Below, one piece after another: positions 43,190-51,374 of a DNA stretch of 64,000 nucleotides (positions are counted from its first letter, which is position 1; the number at the start of each line of letters is the position of its first letter). The notes under the pieces are model-generated. The model was not told where the DNA came from, made no database searches, and worked only from the letters and a program-made list of their open reading frames with translations. The stretch spans positions 6,862 through 70,861 of the forward strand of contig JAHFUI010000005.1 of assembly GCA_023265175.1 (NCBI GenBank), written 5' to 3'. Source of the stretch: Acidobacteriota bacterium. GTDB lineage: Bacteria > Acidobacteriota > Vicinamibacteria > Vicinamibacterales > CAVVIG01. A program made the position numbers and the translations under genes.

Positions 43190-43458
43190 GCCGTGTCCTC
43201 GCCGAAACCGGATTGCACCAGTGCCGTCAGCGCGTCGACGGCGTCCCGTTCGTCCGCGCCCTCGGCAGTGATGGTGATCGTCGACCCGCAGGCAGCCGCG
43301 AGCAGGAGAATCCCCATGATGCTCTTGCCGTCCATCTGCCGCGCGTCACGCGCCACGCGCACGTGTGACTGAAACCGGGTCGCCAGATGGACGAATTTCG
43401 CCGCCGCGCGCGCGTGCATGCCCAATTGATTGACGACCGTGACGCTCCGCGAGGTCAT
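43177..43458 (-). CDS. ptsH: Phosphocarrier protein HPr
   Basis: 93 aa. His15 in NQLGMHARAAAKF and Ser46 in DGKSIMGIL are both present. Confidence 0.85.
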   Translation of the reverse strand: MTSRSVTVVNQLGMHARAAAKFVHLATRFQSHVRVARDARQMDGKSIMGILLLAAACGSTITITAEGADERDAVDALTALVQSGFGEDTACGA

Positions 43459-43868
43459 GAGCCGGTTCTTTCTCCGCGGAGAAGATCCGACGCCACCCAG
43501 ATCGCGTTCCGGCCATGATCGCGCATCTCGCGGGCGACGCCGAGCAGATCCGACGAGCTCCGCAGGCCGGCAAGCTTGATGAGCATCGGCAGGTTGACGC
43601 CCGTAATCACTTCGACGCGATCCTTCGCCAGGAACGTCATCCCAAGGTTCGACGGCGTGCCGCCGAACATGTCGGTCAACACGAGGACCCCCGCGTCCCC
43701 GTCCACCCGTTCAATCGCCTGGGCGATCTCCTCGCTCGCATCGTTGACATCGTCGTGCCAGCCGATGGAGACCGCCGTGAATCTGGGCAGATCGCCGACG
43801 ATCATTTCGGCGGCATTGACCAGCTCGGTGGCCAGTTGGCCGTGGGTAACCACGACGACCCCTATCAT
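43455..43868 (-). CDS. PTS EIIA component, mannose/fructose family
   Basis: MIGVVVVTHGQLATELVNAAEMIVG (His10 motif) and LVLTDMFGGTPSN. Start taken at ATG 43868; the upstream ORF part lies in a hairpin repeat. Confidence 0.8.
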   Translation of the reverse strand: MIGVVVVTHGQLATELVNAAEMIVGDLPRFTAVSIGWHDDVNDASEEIAQAIERVDGDAGVLVLTDMFGGTPSNLGMTFLAKDRVEVITGVNLPMLIKLAGLRSSSDLLGVAREMRDHGRNAIWVASDLLRGERTGS

Positions 43869-43885
43869 GGCGCGCTCGACGATTG

Positions 43886-43962
43886 AACCACAAAGCACAC
43901 GAAGACCACAAAGAAGCCTGTGTCTGCTCCGCATTCTTTGTGGCCTTTGTGGCCTTCGTGGT
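43886..43962. repeat. Family A hairpin
   Basis: AACCACAAAGCACACGAAGACCACAAAGAAG ... CATTCTTTGTGGCCTTTGTGGCCTTCGTGGTT, located between the EIIA start and the rapZ stop. Confidence 0.85.
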
Positions 43963-44904
43963 TCATGAATGCCCGATGTCCCGGTGTCGGACGCGCACCC
44001 GCACCCCGACATTCGCCAGCGAACGGCGCAGGCGCTCCGCGATCATGACCGATCGGTGCCGGCCGCCCGTGCAGCCAATCGCAATCGTCAGATAGCTCTT
44101 CCCTTCGGCGACATAGTGCGGCACGAGGTACCGCAGATACTCCTCGAGCCGGTCGATGAACTCGCGCGTCGCCGCGTCGCGCTCCATGAACGCCGCCACG
44201 GCGCGGTCACGCCCCGTACGGCGACGCAGCGCGGGGACGAAGTGCGGATTGGGCAGGCACCGCGCGTCGAAGACCAGGTCGGCATCGACGGGAACTCCAT
44301 GCTTGTACCCGAAGCTGAGGAGCGTGATCACAAGCCGTCCGCGCGAGCCGCGCGACAACGCCATGAAGGACTGGCGCAGCTCGTGGACCGTCATGTCGGA
44401 GGTATCGATGATCTGGTCGGCGAGCTGCCGCACGGGCATAATGCGCGCGCGTTCTTCGCGGATGCCTTCGCGTACCGACCGGTCCGGCGCGAGCGGATGG
44501 GGACGCCGGGTCTCGCTGAAACGCCGGACGAGCGCGGCTGTGCTGGCTTCGAGAAAGATCAGGACTGGATTGAGCCCGCCCGTCTTGCGCAAGCGGTTGA
44601 AGACTTTCGGGAACTGCGACAGAAAATTCCGTTCCCGCACGTCGACGACGATGGCGACCTTCTCGATGCCGTCACCGCGCAGCGAGAGCTGGGCCAGCGT
44701 TGGGATCAGCGTCGTGGGCAGGTTGTCGACGCAAAAATATCCGAGGTCTTCCAGCGCGCGGATGGCCTGGGACTTCCCGGAGCCCGACAAACCGGTCAGT
44801 ACGATGAACGGTTGCCGGGCTTTCGGGCCTTTCACGGCCACCCTGCCCTTCCAGTTGGTCTTTCTACGATTCCCGCGGGGCACGGCTTTCGTCCGGGGCG
44901 TCAC
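43963..44904 (-). CDS. rapZ: RNase adapter / nucleotide-binding protein RapZ (YvcJ family)
   Basis: FIVLTGLSGSGKSQAIRALEDLGYFCVDNLP and C-terminal IAIGCTGGRHRSV. The GTG start overlaps the hprK stop (GTGA). Confidence 0.85.
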   Translation of the reverse strand: MTPRTKAVPRGNRRKTNWKGRVAVKGPKARQPFIVLTGLSGSGKSQAIRALEDLGYFCVDNLPTTLIPTLAQLSLRGDGIEKVAIVVDVRERNFLSQFPKVFNRLRKTGGLNPVLIFLEASTAALVRRFSETRRPHPLAPDRSVREGIREERARIMPVRQLADQIIDTSDMTVHELRQSFMALSRGSRGRLVITLLSFGYKHGVPVDADLVFDARCLPNPHFVPALRRRTGRDRAVAAFMERDAATREFIDRLEEYLRYLVPHYVAEGKSYLTIAIGCTGGRHRSVMIAERLRRSLANVGVRVRVRHRDIGHS

Positions 44905-45989
44905 CTCTGTCCCCCGGGCTCGAGATCTTCCTCTTCTTCATCCGGTGACGGCACACGCGTATCGTCCCTCGGCACAGCTCGCGCTTCGAGGGCCTCAAAG
45001 CGTTCTGAGCCTGTCGAAGGGCGGGACAACCCTGAGCCCGTCGAGGGATCCCGCAGCGTCCGCTCCAGCCTGGCGGCGAGCTCGCGCGCGGCATGATGCC
45101 CGCGCGATCGCACCAGCTGGTTCCGCGCGGCGACTTCGACGAGGATGGCGACACTTCGTCCCGGCGCCACCGGCATGCGGATCAGCGGCACGCGCAGTCC
45201 GAGAATCTCGTGGAACTCATCGTCCAGTCCGAGGCGTTCGTATTCCCGTGTGGGATCCCACCGCTCGAGCTGTACCACGAGCTCCACGCGCTTGCTGGAG
45301 CGCGTCGAGGCGATGCCGAACAGATCCTTCACGTTGATCAGGCCGAGCCCGCGCAGCTCCATGTGATGTTGCGTGAGCTCCGGACAGGTCCCAATCAGGA
45401 TCGACTCGGCTCGGCGCCGAATGTCGACCGTGTCGTCGGCGACCAGCCGATGGCCGCGGACGATGAGGTCGAGCGCACACTCGCTCTTGCCGATGCCACT
45501 TTCACCCACGATGAGCACGCCGAGGCCAAGAATGTCCATCAGGACGGCGTGCGTCACCGTGTGTTCGGCCAGCCAGTCCTCGAGGATCGTCGTGAGCTTG
45601 GCGATCGCGGTGGGCGTGGCGATCGACGTCTTGAGCAGCGGAAGCTTGGCGCGCTCGGCCTCGAGGACGACTTCCGCCGGCGGGGTGAAGCCGCCGGTGA
45701 TGAGGACGCAGGGAAAATCGAGCGTGAGCGCGAGGCGAAGCGAGTTGATGCGCGCCGAGGTTTCCAGGCTTTCGAGGTAGCGAATCTCGCTTTCGCCGAA
45801 AATCAGCACGCGTCCGGGCTTCAAATATTCATGAAAGCCCGCCAGCGCAAGGCCGGTCTTCTGGATGTAGGGGCTCGTGATGCGTCGGTCGAGCCCGGAA
45901 GCGCCGGCGAGCACCTCGAAGGGCAGACCGAAGACCTCGGGCCGGCTGCCCAGCAGCGCGCCGACGGTGACGCCTGGACTCGGAGACAT
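44901..45989 (-). CDS. hprK: HPr kinase/phosphorylase
   Basis: Walker A in GVLIVGESGIGKSECALDLIVRGHRLVADD, and LRGLGLINVKDLFG. It has a roughly 55-aa disordered acidic C-terminal extension. Confidence 0.9.
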   Translation of the reverse strand: MSPSPGVTVGALLGSRPEVFGLPFEVLAGASGLDRRITSPYIQKTGLALAGFHEYLKPGRVLIFGESEIRYLESLETSARINSLRLALTLDFPCVLITGGFTPPAEVVLEAERAKLPLLKTSIATPTAIAKLTTILEDWLAEHTVTHAVLMDILGLGVLIVGESGIGKSECALDLIVRGHRLVADDTVDIRRRAESILIGTCPELTQHHMELRGLGLINVKDLFGIASTRSSKRVELVVQLERWDPTREYERLGLDDEFHEILGLRVPLIRMPVAPGRSVAILVEVAARNQLVRSRGHHAARELAARLERTLRDPSTGSGLSRPSTGSERFEALEARAVPRDDTRVPSPDEEEEDLEPGGQR

Positions 45990-45992
45990 ATG

Positions 45993-46075
45993 TCAGTCGA
46001 CAGTCGTCAGTCGACAGTCGTCAGTCGACAGTCGTCGGTCGACAGTCGTCGGTCGACAGTCGTTAGTCGACAGCG
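45993..46075. repeat. Tandem array of six 14-nt units (TCAGTCGACAGTCG)
   Basis: Direct reading: three exact units, two TCGG variants and one TTAG variant. Each unit contains the GTCGAC palindrome. Confidence 0.9.
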
Positions 46076-46103
46076 CAGGGCACGATCTTTAGACCCTACC
46101 CTG
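46076..46103. repeat. REP-like hairpin, degenerate copy of the element at 11-40
   Basis: CAGGGCACGATCTTTAGACCCTACCCTG compared with CAGGGCACGGTCTTTAGACCGTGCCCTG at the window start. Confidence 0.6.
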
Positions 46104-46109
46104 TCGCTT

Positions 46110-46676
46110 TCACGCTTCGGTCTCAATCAGCGTCAGCTCGCCGTTCTGCTGGCGGTAAAGGACGCTGACCGACGCACGCTCGGGATCGTGGAAGATGACG
46201 CAGCCCTCGCGCCGCGCGTCCAACTCGCGCGCCGCCTCGGTCACCGACATCGACTTGATCGCCTGACGCGACGAGCGAAAAATCCGAGGCATGCGCGGTG
46301 TCTCGCGCGGGGTCGGGCGCGCCGGCGCCGCGCCCGGCGCGAGAACCTCACCCGCCGCGGCGGCAGTCCTGACGCCGCGGCGCTTCCGCTCCTGCCACTT
46401 CCCTTTCACCTTCTGCGCCTGCTGCGAGATCTTCTCGATGGCCTGGGTCAACGAGGTCTCCCACGCGGTCGACGTGCTGACGCCGTGCAGGAACTTTTCG
46501 CCGCGGGCGTGCAGCGTGATCTCGGCGCGCAGACGATACTTCTCGCGCGTCAGCACCGCCTGCGCAGAGACGGCGCTGTCATTCAGCATCCGCTCCAGCT
46601 TGGCGAGTTTGGCGTCGACGAGGCGCCGCAGGGTGGGGGTGATGTCAACGTGTCGGCCGGTCAATTCGAGTCGCAT
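46110..46676 (-). CDS. hpf: Ribosome hibernation promoting factor (long HPF/RaiA family)
   Basis: MRLELTGRHVDITPTLRRLVDAKLAKLERML...AEITLHARGEKFLHG, plus a C-terminal domain MSVTEAARELDARREGCVIFHDPERASVSVLYRQQNGELTLIE. The upstream part of ORF 46110..47525 is antisense of rpoN and was rejected. Confidence 0.85.
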   Translation of the reverse strand: MRLELTGRHVDITPTLRRLVDAKLAKLERMLNDSAVSAQAVLTREKYRLRAEITLHARGEKFLHGVSTSTAWETSLTQAIEKISQQAQKVKGKWQERKRRGVRTAAAAGEVLAPGAAPARPTPRETPRMPRIFRSSRQAIKSMSVTEAARELDARREGCVIFHDPERASVSVLYRQQNGELTLIETEA

Positions 46677-46681
46677 CTGGT

Positions 46682-48112
46682 TCAGTAGAGAACTTTGCGT
46701 TGATTCGATGTCGGGATCTTGAGCTCTTCGCGGTACTTCGCGATCGTGCGCCGCGCGAGCATCAAGCCTTCCCGCTGCAGGATGCTCACGATCTTCGAAT
46801 CGCTCAACGGCTTTCGCGCGTCCTCGTTCTCGATGATCTTGCGGATGCGCTGCTTGATGGTCACCGACGAGACGCTCTCGCCGTACGAGCTGCTGATCCC
46901 GCTGTGGAAGAAGTATTTCATCTCGAACACGCCCTGCGGCGTGTGCATGTACTTGTTGGTGACCACGCGGCTGACCGTCGACTCGTGCATCCCGATGTCG
47001 TTGGCCACGTCGCGCAGCACCAGCGGGCGCAGGTGCTCGATGCCGTGATCGAGGAAGTCGCGCTGAAAATTGATGATGCTGTTGGCGACCTTGTGGATCG
47101 TCTTCTGCCGCTGCTCCACCGACTTGATCAGCCACAACGCCGATCGGAACTTGTCCTTCACGTACGCGCGCGTCTCGTCGGTGTTGTCCGCGGCGCTTTT
47201 GTCGAGGAGCCGCCGGTAGACCGGGCTGATCCGCAGCTGCGGCAGGCCGTCTTCGTTGAGCACCGCGACATACTGGTCCTCGACCTTGATCACGTACACG
47301 TCCGGGATGACGTACTGCGACTGGGTCGGGTTGTATCGGCTCCCGGGCTTCGGATCGAGATGACGGATGATCTCGATGTGTTCCTTGAGATCGTCGATGG
47401 TCAGGCCCAGCTTGCGCGCAATTTCCGGGACCTGGTGGTTCTGGAGCAGGCGGAGGTGGTCGGCGACGATCTTCTCGGTCGGCGTTCCCTCGAGGCCCAG
47501 ATGCCGGAGCTGCAGCAGCAGGCATTCCTGCAAGTCGCGGGCGGCCACCCCGGTCGGATCGAAGCTCTGGATCAGCCGAAGCGCGCGCTCGACGTCAGAC
47601 ACCGGCCACGGCCCCATCGCCGCGAGCTCGTCGAACGACGCGACCAGATACCCGTCGTCGTCCAGGTTGCCGACGATCGCCGATCCGATCTCGCGCATGA
47701 GCGGTTCGTCGGTCTGCATCGACAACTGCCACATCAGGTGATCGGACAGCGAGCTGGCGGTCGAGAGCGTGTTCTCGATCGGCGGCAGCTCTTTGATCTC
47801 CTGCGGCGCGCGCGGCCGATAGCCGTCATCGAGATAATCGCCGAAGAAGTACTCGTAGTCCTGGTCGTCCCACGTGTCGGTCTTGTCGACCTTCTCCTCG
47901 GCGTCGCTCTTTTCCGGCGCCGCCACCGCGTCGGCCGGCTGCAGTTCCTCGGTCGGTACCTCCTCGAGCATCGGGTTTTCGACCATCTCCTGATTGAGCA
48001 GGTCGGACAGTTCGAGCGTCGACATCGGCAGCAGCTTAATCGCCTGCTGTAGCGAGGGCGTAAGGATTAGCTTCTGGACGAGCTTGGTGTGGAGTTTCTG
48101 CTGAATGCCCAT
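46682..48112 (-). CDS. rpoN: RNA polymerase sigma-54 factor
   Basis: MGIQQKLHTKLVQKLILTPSLQQAIKLLPMSTLEL (region I) and the RpoN box ARRTIAKYR. Confidence 0.95.
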   Translation of the reverse strand: MGIQQKLHTKLVQKLILTPSLQQAIKLLPMSTLELSDLLNQEMVENPMLEEVPTEELQPADAVAAPEKSDAEEKVDKTDTWDDQDYEYFFGDYLDDGYRPRAPQEIKELPPIENTLSTASSLSDHLMWQLSMQTDEPLMREIGSAIVGNLDDDGYLVASFDELAAMGPWPVSDVERALRLIQSFDPTGVAARDLQECLLLQLRHLGLEGTPTEKIVADHLRLLQNHQVPEIARKLGLTIDDLKEHIEIIRHLDPKPGSRYNPTQSQYVIPDVYVIKVEDQYVAVLNEDGLPQLRISPVYRRLLDKSAADNTDETRAYVKDKFRSALWLIKSVEQRQKTIHKVANSIINFQRDFLDHGIEHLRPLVLRDVANDIGMHESTVSRVVTNKYMHTPQGVFEMKYFFHSGISSSYGESVSSVTIKQRIRKIIENEDARKPLSDSKIVSILQREGLMLARRTIAKYREELKIPTSNQRKVLY

Positions 48113-48231
48113 GGAGCGGTTGCGCGTCAGCTAAGTTGTTGTCGCGACGACGGTTGCACGAAGCGAACGCGGCCGCCTCAATCAAGAGAATGTGACACCG
48201 CGCTTCAGCGATGCAATTCCCAGGCCTCATT

Positions 48232-48957
48232 TTAGTCCAAGCGGAACTCAGTCCCCAAATAAATCCGCCGCACGTCATCGTCGGCGGCGAGGGTGTCGGG
48301 CGTGCCGCTTTTGAAGATCCCTCCGTCGTGCACGATGTAGGCGCGGTCCGTGATGCGCAGCGTCTCGCGGACGTTGTGGTCGGTGACGAGCACGCCGATG
48401 CCGCGAGCCTTGAGGTGAAAGATGATCTTCTGGATATCAGTGAGCGCGATGGGGTCGATGCCGGCGAACGGCTCGTCGAGCAGGATGAACTTCGGCGAGA
48501 TGACCAGCGCGCGCGTGATCTCGACGCGGCGCCGCTCGCCGCCCGACAACGTATACGCCGGGGCGCGCGCGAGCGGTGTCAGGTTCAGCTCGGCCAGCAG
48601 ATCGCGCAGGCGCACTCGACGCGTCGCCCCGTCGAGGCCCATCGTCTCGAGGATGGCGAGAATGTTCTGCTCGACCGTCAGACCGCGGAAGATCGACGGT
48701 TCCTGCGGCAGGTACCCGATCCCCTTGCGCGCGCGGACGTACATTGGATCGTCGGTGACGTCGCGTCCATCGAGGATCACGCGGCCGGCATCCGGCGCCG
48801 TGAGACCGACGGTCATGTAGAAGGTGGTGGTCTTGCCGGCGCCATTGGGGCCGAGCAGCCCGACGATCTCGCCGGACGCCACATCGAGGTTGACGCCTCG
48901 AACGACCGTGCGCCCGCCGTACGATTTGGTGAGGCCCTCGGTGCGGAGGGTCGACAT
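48232..48957 (-). CDS. lptB: LPS export ABC transporter ATP-binding protein LptB
   Basis: [48 protein letters not shown], the [11 protein letters not shown] signature, and its position upstream of rpoN. Confidence 0.9.
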   Translation of the reverse strand: MSTLRTEGLTKSYGGRTVVRGVNLDVASGEIVGLLGPNGAGKTTTFYMTVGLTAPDAGRVILDGRDVTDDPMYVRARKGIGYLPQEPSIFRGLTVEQNILAILETMGLDGATRRVRLRDLLAELNLTPLARAPAYTLSGGERRRVEITRALVISPKFILLDEPFAGIDPIALTDIQKIIFHLKARGIGVLVTDHNVRETLRITDRAYIVHDGGIFKSGTPDTLAADDDVRRIYLGTEFRLD

Positions 48958-48975
48958 CACATCTTCTCGAAGCAC

Positions 48976-49056
48976 TCACCACCAAGGACACGAAGGACAC
49001 AAAGGAAAGAACTTACAGCTCTTCGCCGTTGTGTCCATCGTGTTCTTTGTGGTGGT
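48976..49056. repeat. Family A hairpin
   Basis: TCACCACCAAGGACACGAAGGACACAAAGG ... CCGTTGTGTCCATCGTGTTCTTTGTGGTGG, located between the lptB start and the lptC/A-like stop. Confidence 0.85.
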
Positions 49057-49093
49057 TCAGCGCCGGAAAGAAGCAAGGCAACCGTGATCTCGG

Positions 49094-51193
49094 TCACGAA
49101 CACTTCCCGCTGCCTTTCGTTTGCGTGCGAATCTGGCCGCCGCCATCGAGGTTGACCGTATCGGTCGACTGGACAAACGTCAGTTTCTGCCCCACGCTTT
49201 CGCCGCCGCACTGGTCGACGATCGCGACCGGCGCGCCGGTGATGACGTAGGTGTCATTCGAGGTCGTGTAGGTCAATCGCGCTCCGGTCGTTTTCCGGTT
49301 CTGCTCGCGAAGCGTCAGTGCGCCGTACGCTTCGGCGCGATCGATCTCATCGCCCGCAGGCTTCAGGTACAGCTCGATCTTGTCGGAGATCATGTCACCC
49401 TGCGGGCCGCTGAGGTGCGCCTCGCCGGTGTAGGTGGCGCGGCGCAGCGATTCTTCGTACTTGAAGTCTTCCGATTTGCCAATCGACCGGACGCGGTCCC
49501 GCGGGGTTTTCGTCTTGTCGCCCTGCACCAGCATCGTGCTCGTCAGCGCGGAGCCGGACGCGACCAGGTCGCCATTCTTGTTGTCGATGACGATCGTCGC
49601 CCCCGTAATCGTCGTCTCCGTCTGCCAGAGCCTGGCGTTTCCTGAATACGACGCACGAGACACGTCGCCGTCGTAGTCCAGCTCCTCGGCGACGATGTTC
49701 ACCGGCTTGTCGCCCTTGAGCATGGAGGGCATCTTCGTGTCCTTCGACTTGGGGTCCTTCTTGGGCGGCTGCAGGGCGCTGGCGACCTCGCCGCGCGCCA
49801 TGAGTTTCGGCCCCGCGAGCGTGACATCCATCCGCGCCGAATCGACCCAGATGTGCTCGGTGGTCATATGGGGGCGAGGCGCCCCCGGCTCGGTCCCGCT
49901 CAATTCGAGCGTGCCCGTGTCGAGCACGTATCGCGCCAGCGCGGCGACGGCAAAGAAGCCGCCTTCGGAAGCAAAGCGTGCGTTGCGCGCGAATGTCGCT
50001 TCAGCAATTGAGCTCATGCCCGGCTTCAGCACGACGTCCATCGTGCCGGCTTTGGCCACGCGGTCCACCGAACCGCCCTTCTCGCGAAAGTCGACCTCTC
50101 CGGTGAACCGGGCATTCGTCAGTCCCTTCTTGGCTTCACCGTGTGCGTCGAGGCTCGCCGCCTTGATCGTGCGCGCCGCGGCGCCGGGTTCTGCGGGAAA
50201 GGTCAATTGCACGGCTTCACGGCCGAGGAGCGCGACCGGTGTGGTGCCGTCAGGCGCGAGCGCGATGTCCAGCGTGGTGGCCGCAATCTGGCGGCCGGGC
50301 GAGCCTTTCTGCCCCGCGATTTGCAGCACGGCCTCGCCGACGACGATCGCGTGCTCGAGTGTTTCTCCATCAGACGCGTATTTCAGCTCCATCTCGTGGC
50401 CCGTCAGTGACTGCAGCGTGCCGGGATCTGCATTGGATCCGGTGATCCTCGCGTTGCCCTGCAGCTCGACCCGCTCGACGCGCTCCTCATCGTCGCTGAG
50501 ATGAGCGACGCCGCTGTCGGCCTCGACGACCTGGCCAGCGCGCAATGACTTGATGCCGCGTTCGAAGCGGATGAATTTGTCGCGCCGCGCCACGATCGCG
50601 CTCGGCGACGTGAGATCGGTGGCGCCGTCATTCCTGTCGGTTTCAATGCGGACGTGAGCTTGATCGAGGATGACGAGGACATCCTGGTTCTTGTCGTAGG
50701 TCATGCCCACGCCCGAACCGGAGAGGCGCCTGCGCGAAAACTCCACCGGACCCGGCGCACGGGCCGTCCCGTCCGCCTCTGTGTAGGTGGCGTGTTCGGT
50801 GCGCACGATCAAGCCGTCGCTCGCCATCAACGTGACGGCGCCGTTGATCGTGATCGCCGATTCATTCTGACCGACAACGCCCTCTTTGCCGGTCACGGTA
50901 AACGTCCGGCTGCCGTGACGCTCCGTGCTGATGATTTTGACGCCCACGAGGCGCGTCGAGCCGTCTTTATACGTGTCCTGTTTGTCGTAGGCGATGCTCA
51001 CGTCCTCGTGAGCGCCGTTGAACCGAAACGTCTGGCCGGTGGTGCTTTCGACGACCGAGTCGGGATCGGTTCGACCGGCCGGCACGGGCGGTGCCGCCGG
51101 CCCGCGGTGCTTGAAGGCAAACACCAGCATAACCGCGAACGCGACGGCGAACACGGCGACAAGCAGGCGCGCTCTCCGCTGCCACTTGGTCAT
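49094..51193 (-). CDS. Large LptC/LptA-like protein (TM anchor followed by multiple OstA-type beta-jellyroll modules)
   Basis: ATG 51193 gives MTKWQRRARLLVAVFAVAFAVMLVFAF. Repeated OstA_N-like segments include AEELDYDGDVSRASYSGNARLWQTETTITGATIVID and FKYEESLRRATYTGEAHLSGPQGDMISDKIELY...AEAYGALTL. It occupies the lptC-lptA position upstream of lptB. The upstream ORF extension lies in a repeat arm. Confidence 0.65.
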   Translation of the reverse strand: MTKWQRRARLLVAVFAVAFAVMLVFAFKHRGPAAPPVPAGRTDPDSVVESTTGQTFRFNGAHEDVSIAYDKQDTYKDGSTRLVGVKIISTERHGSRTFTVTGKEGVVGQNESAITINGAVTLMASDGLIVRTEHATYTEADGTARAPGPVEFSRRRLSGSGVGMTYDKNQDVLVILDQAHVRIETDRNDGATDLTSPSAIVARRDKFIRFERGIKSLRAGQVVEADSGVAHLSDDEERVERVELQGNARITGSNADPGTLQSLTGHEMELKYASDGETLEHAIVVGEAVLQIAGQKGSPGRQIAATTLDIALAPDGTTPVALLGREAVQLTFPAEPGAAARTIKAASLDAHGEAKKGLTNARFTGEVDFREKGGSVDRVAKAGTMDVVLKPGMSSIAEATFARNARFASEGGFFAVAALARYVLDTGTLELSGTEPGAPRPHMTTEHIWVDSARMDVTLAGPKLMARGEVASALQPPKKDPKSKDTKMPSMLKGDKPVNIVAEELDYDGDVSRASYSGNARLWQTETTITGATIVIDNKNGDLVASGSALTSTMLVQGDKTKTPRDRVRSIGKSEDFKYEESLRRATYTGEAHLSGPQGDMISDKIELYLKPAGDEIDRAEAYGALTLREQNRKTTGARLTYTTSNDTYVITGAPVAIVDQCGGESVGQKLTFVQSTDTVNLDGGGQIRTQTKGSGKCS

Positions 51194-51202
51194 CGGAATC
51201 CG

Positions 51203-51374
51203 TGAGATCTGAGGATGTAAGGAGCTGAGGATGTAAGGATGTGAGAATGTGAGGATGTAAAGCGGTGAGGATGTGAGGACGTAGCGACGCAGACGTGCCG
51301 GCACATTCTCAGATCCTCACTTCCTAACATTCTCACTTCTTCACTTCTTCACTTCCTCACTTCCTCACTTCTCT
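51203..51374. repeat. Family C octamer hairpin (GTGAGGAT/GTAAGGAG units, loop, CACTTCCT units)
   Basis: Left arm 51203-51280, loop 51281-51303, right arm 51304-51374. The right arm contains the recJ stop codon and its last 8 sense codons. Confidence 0.9.

Noticed and set aside
46677-47525. Upstream part of ORF 46110..47525, which would give a 471-aa protein.
   Set aside because: It is out-of-frame, on the same strand as rpoN, and compositionally aberrant. The HPF homology starts at MRLELTGRH (46676).
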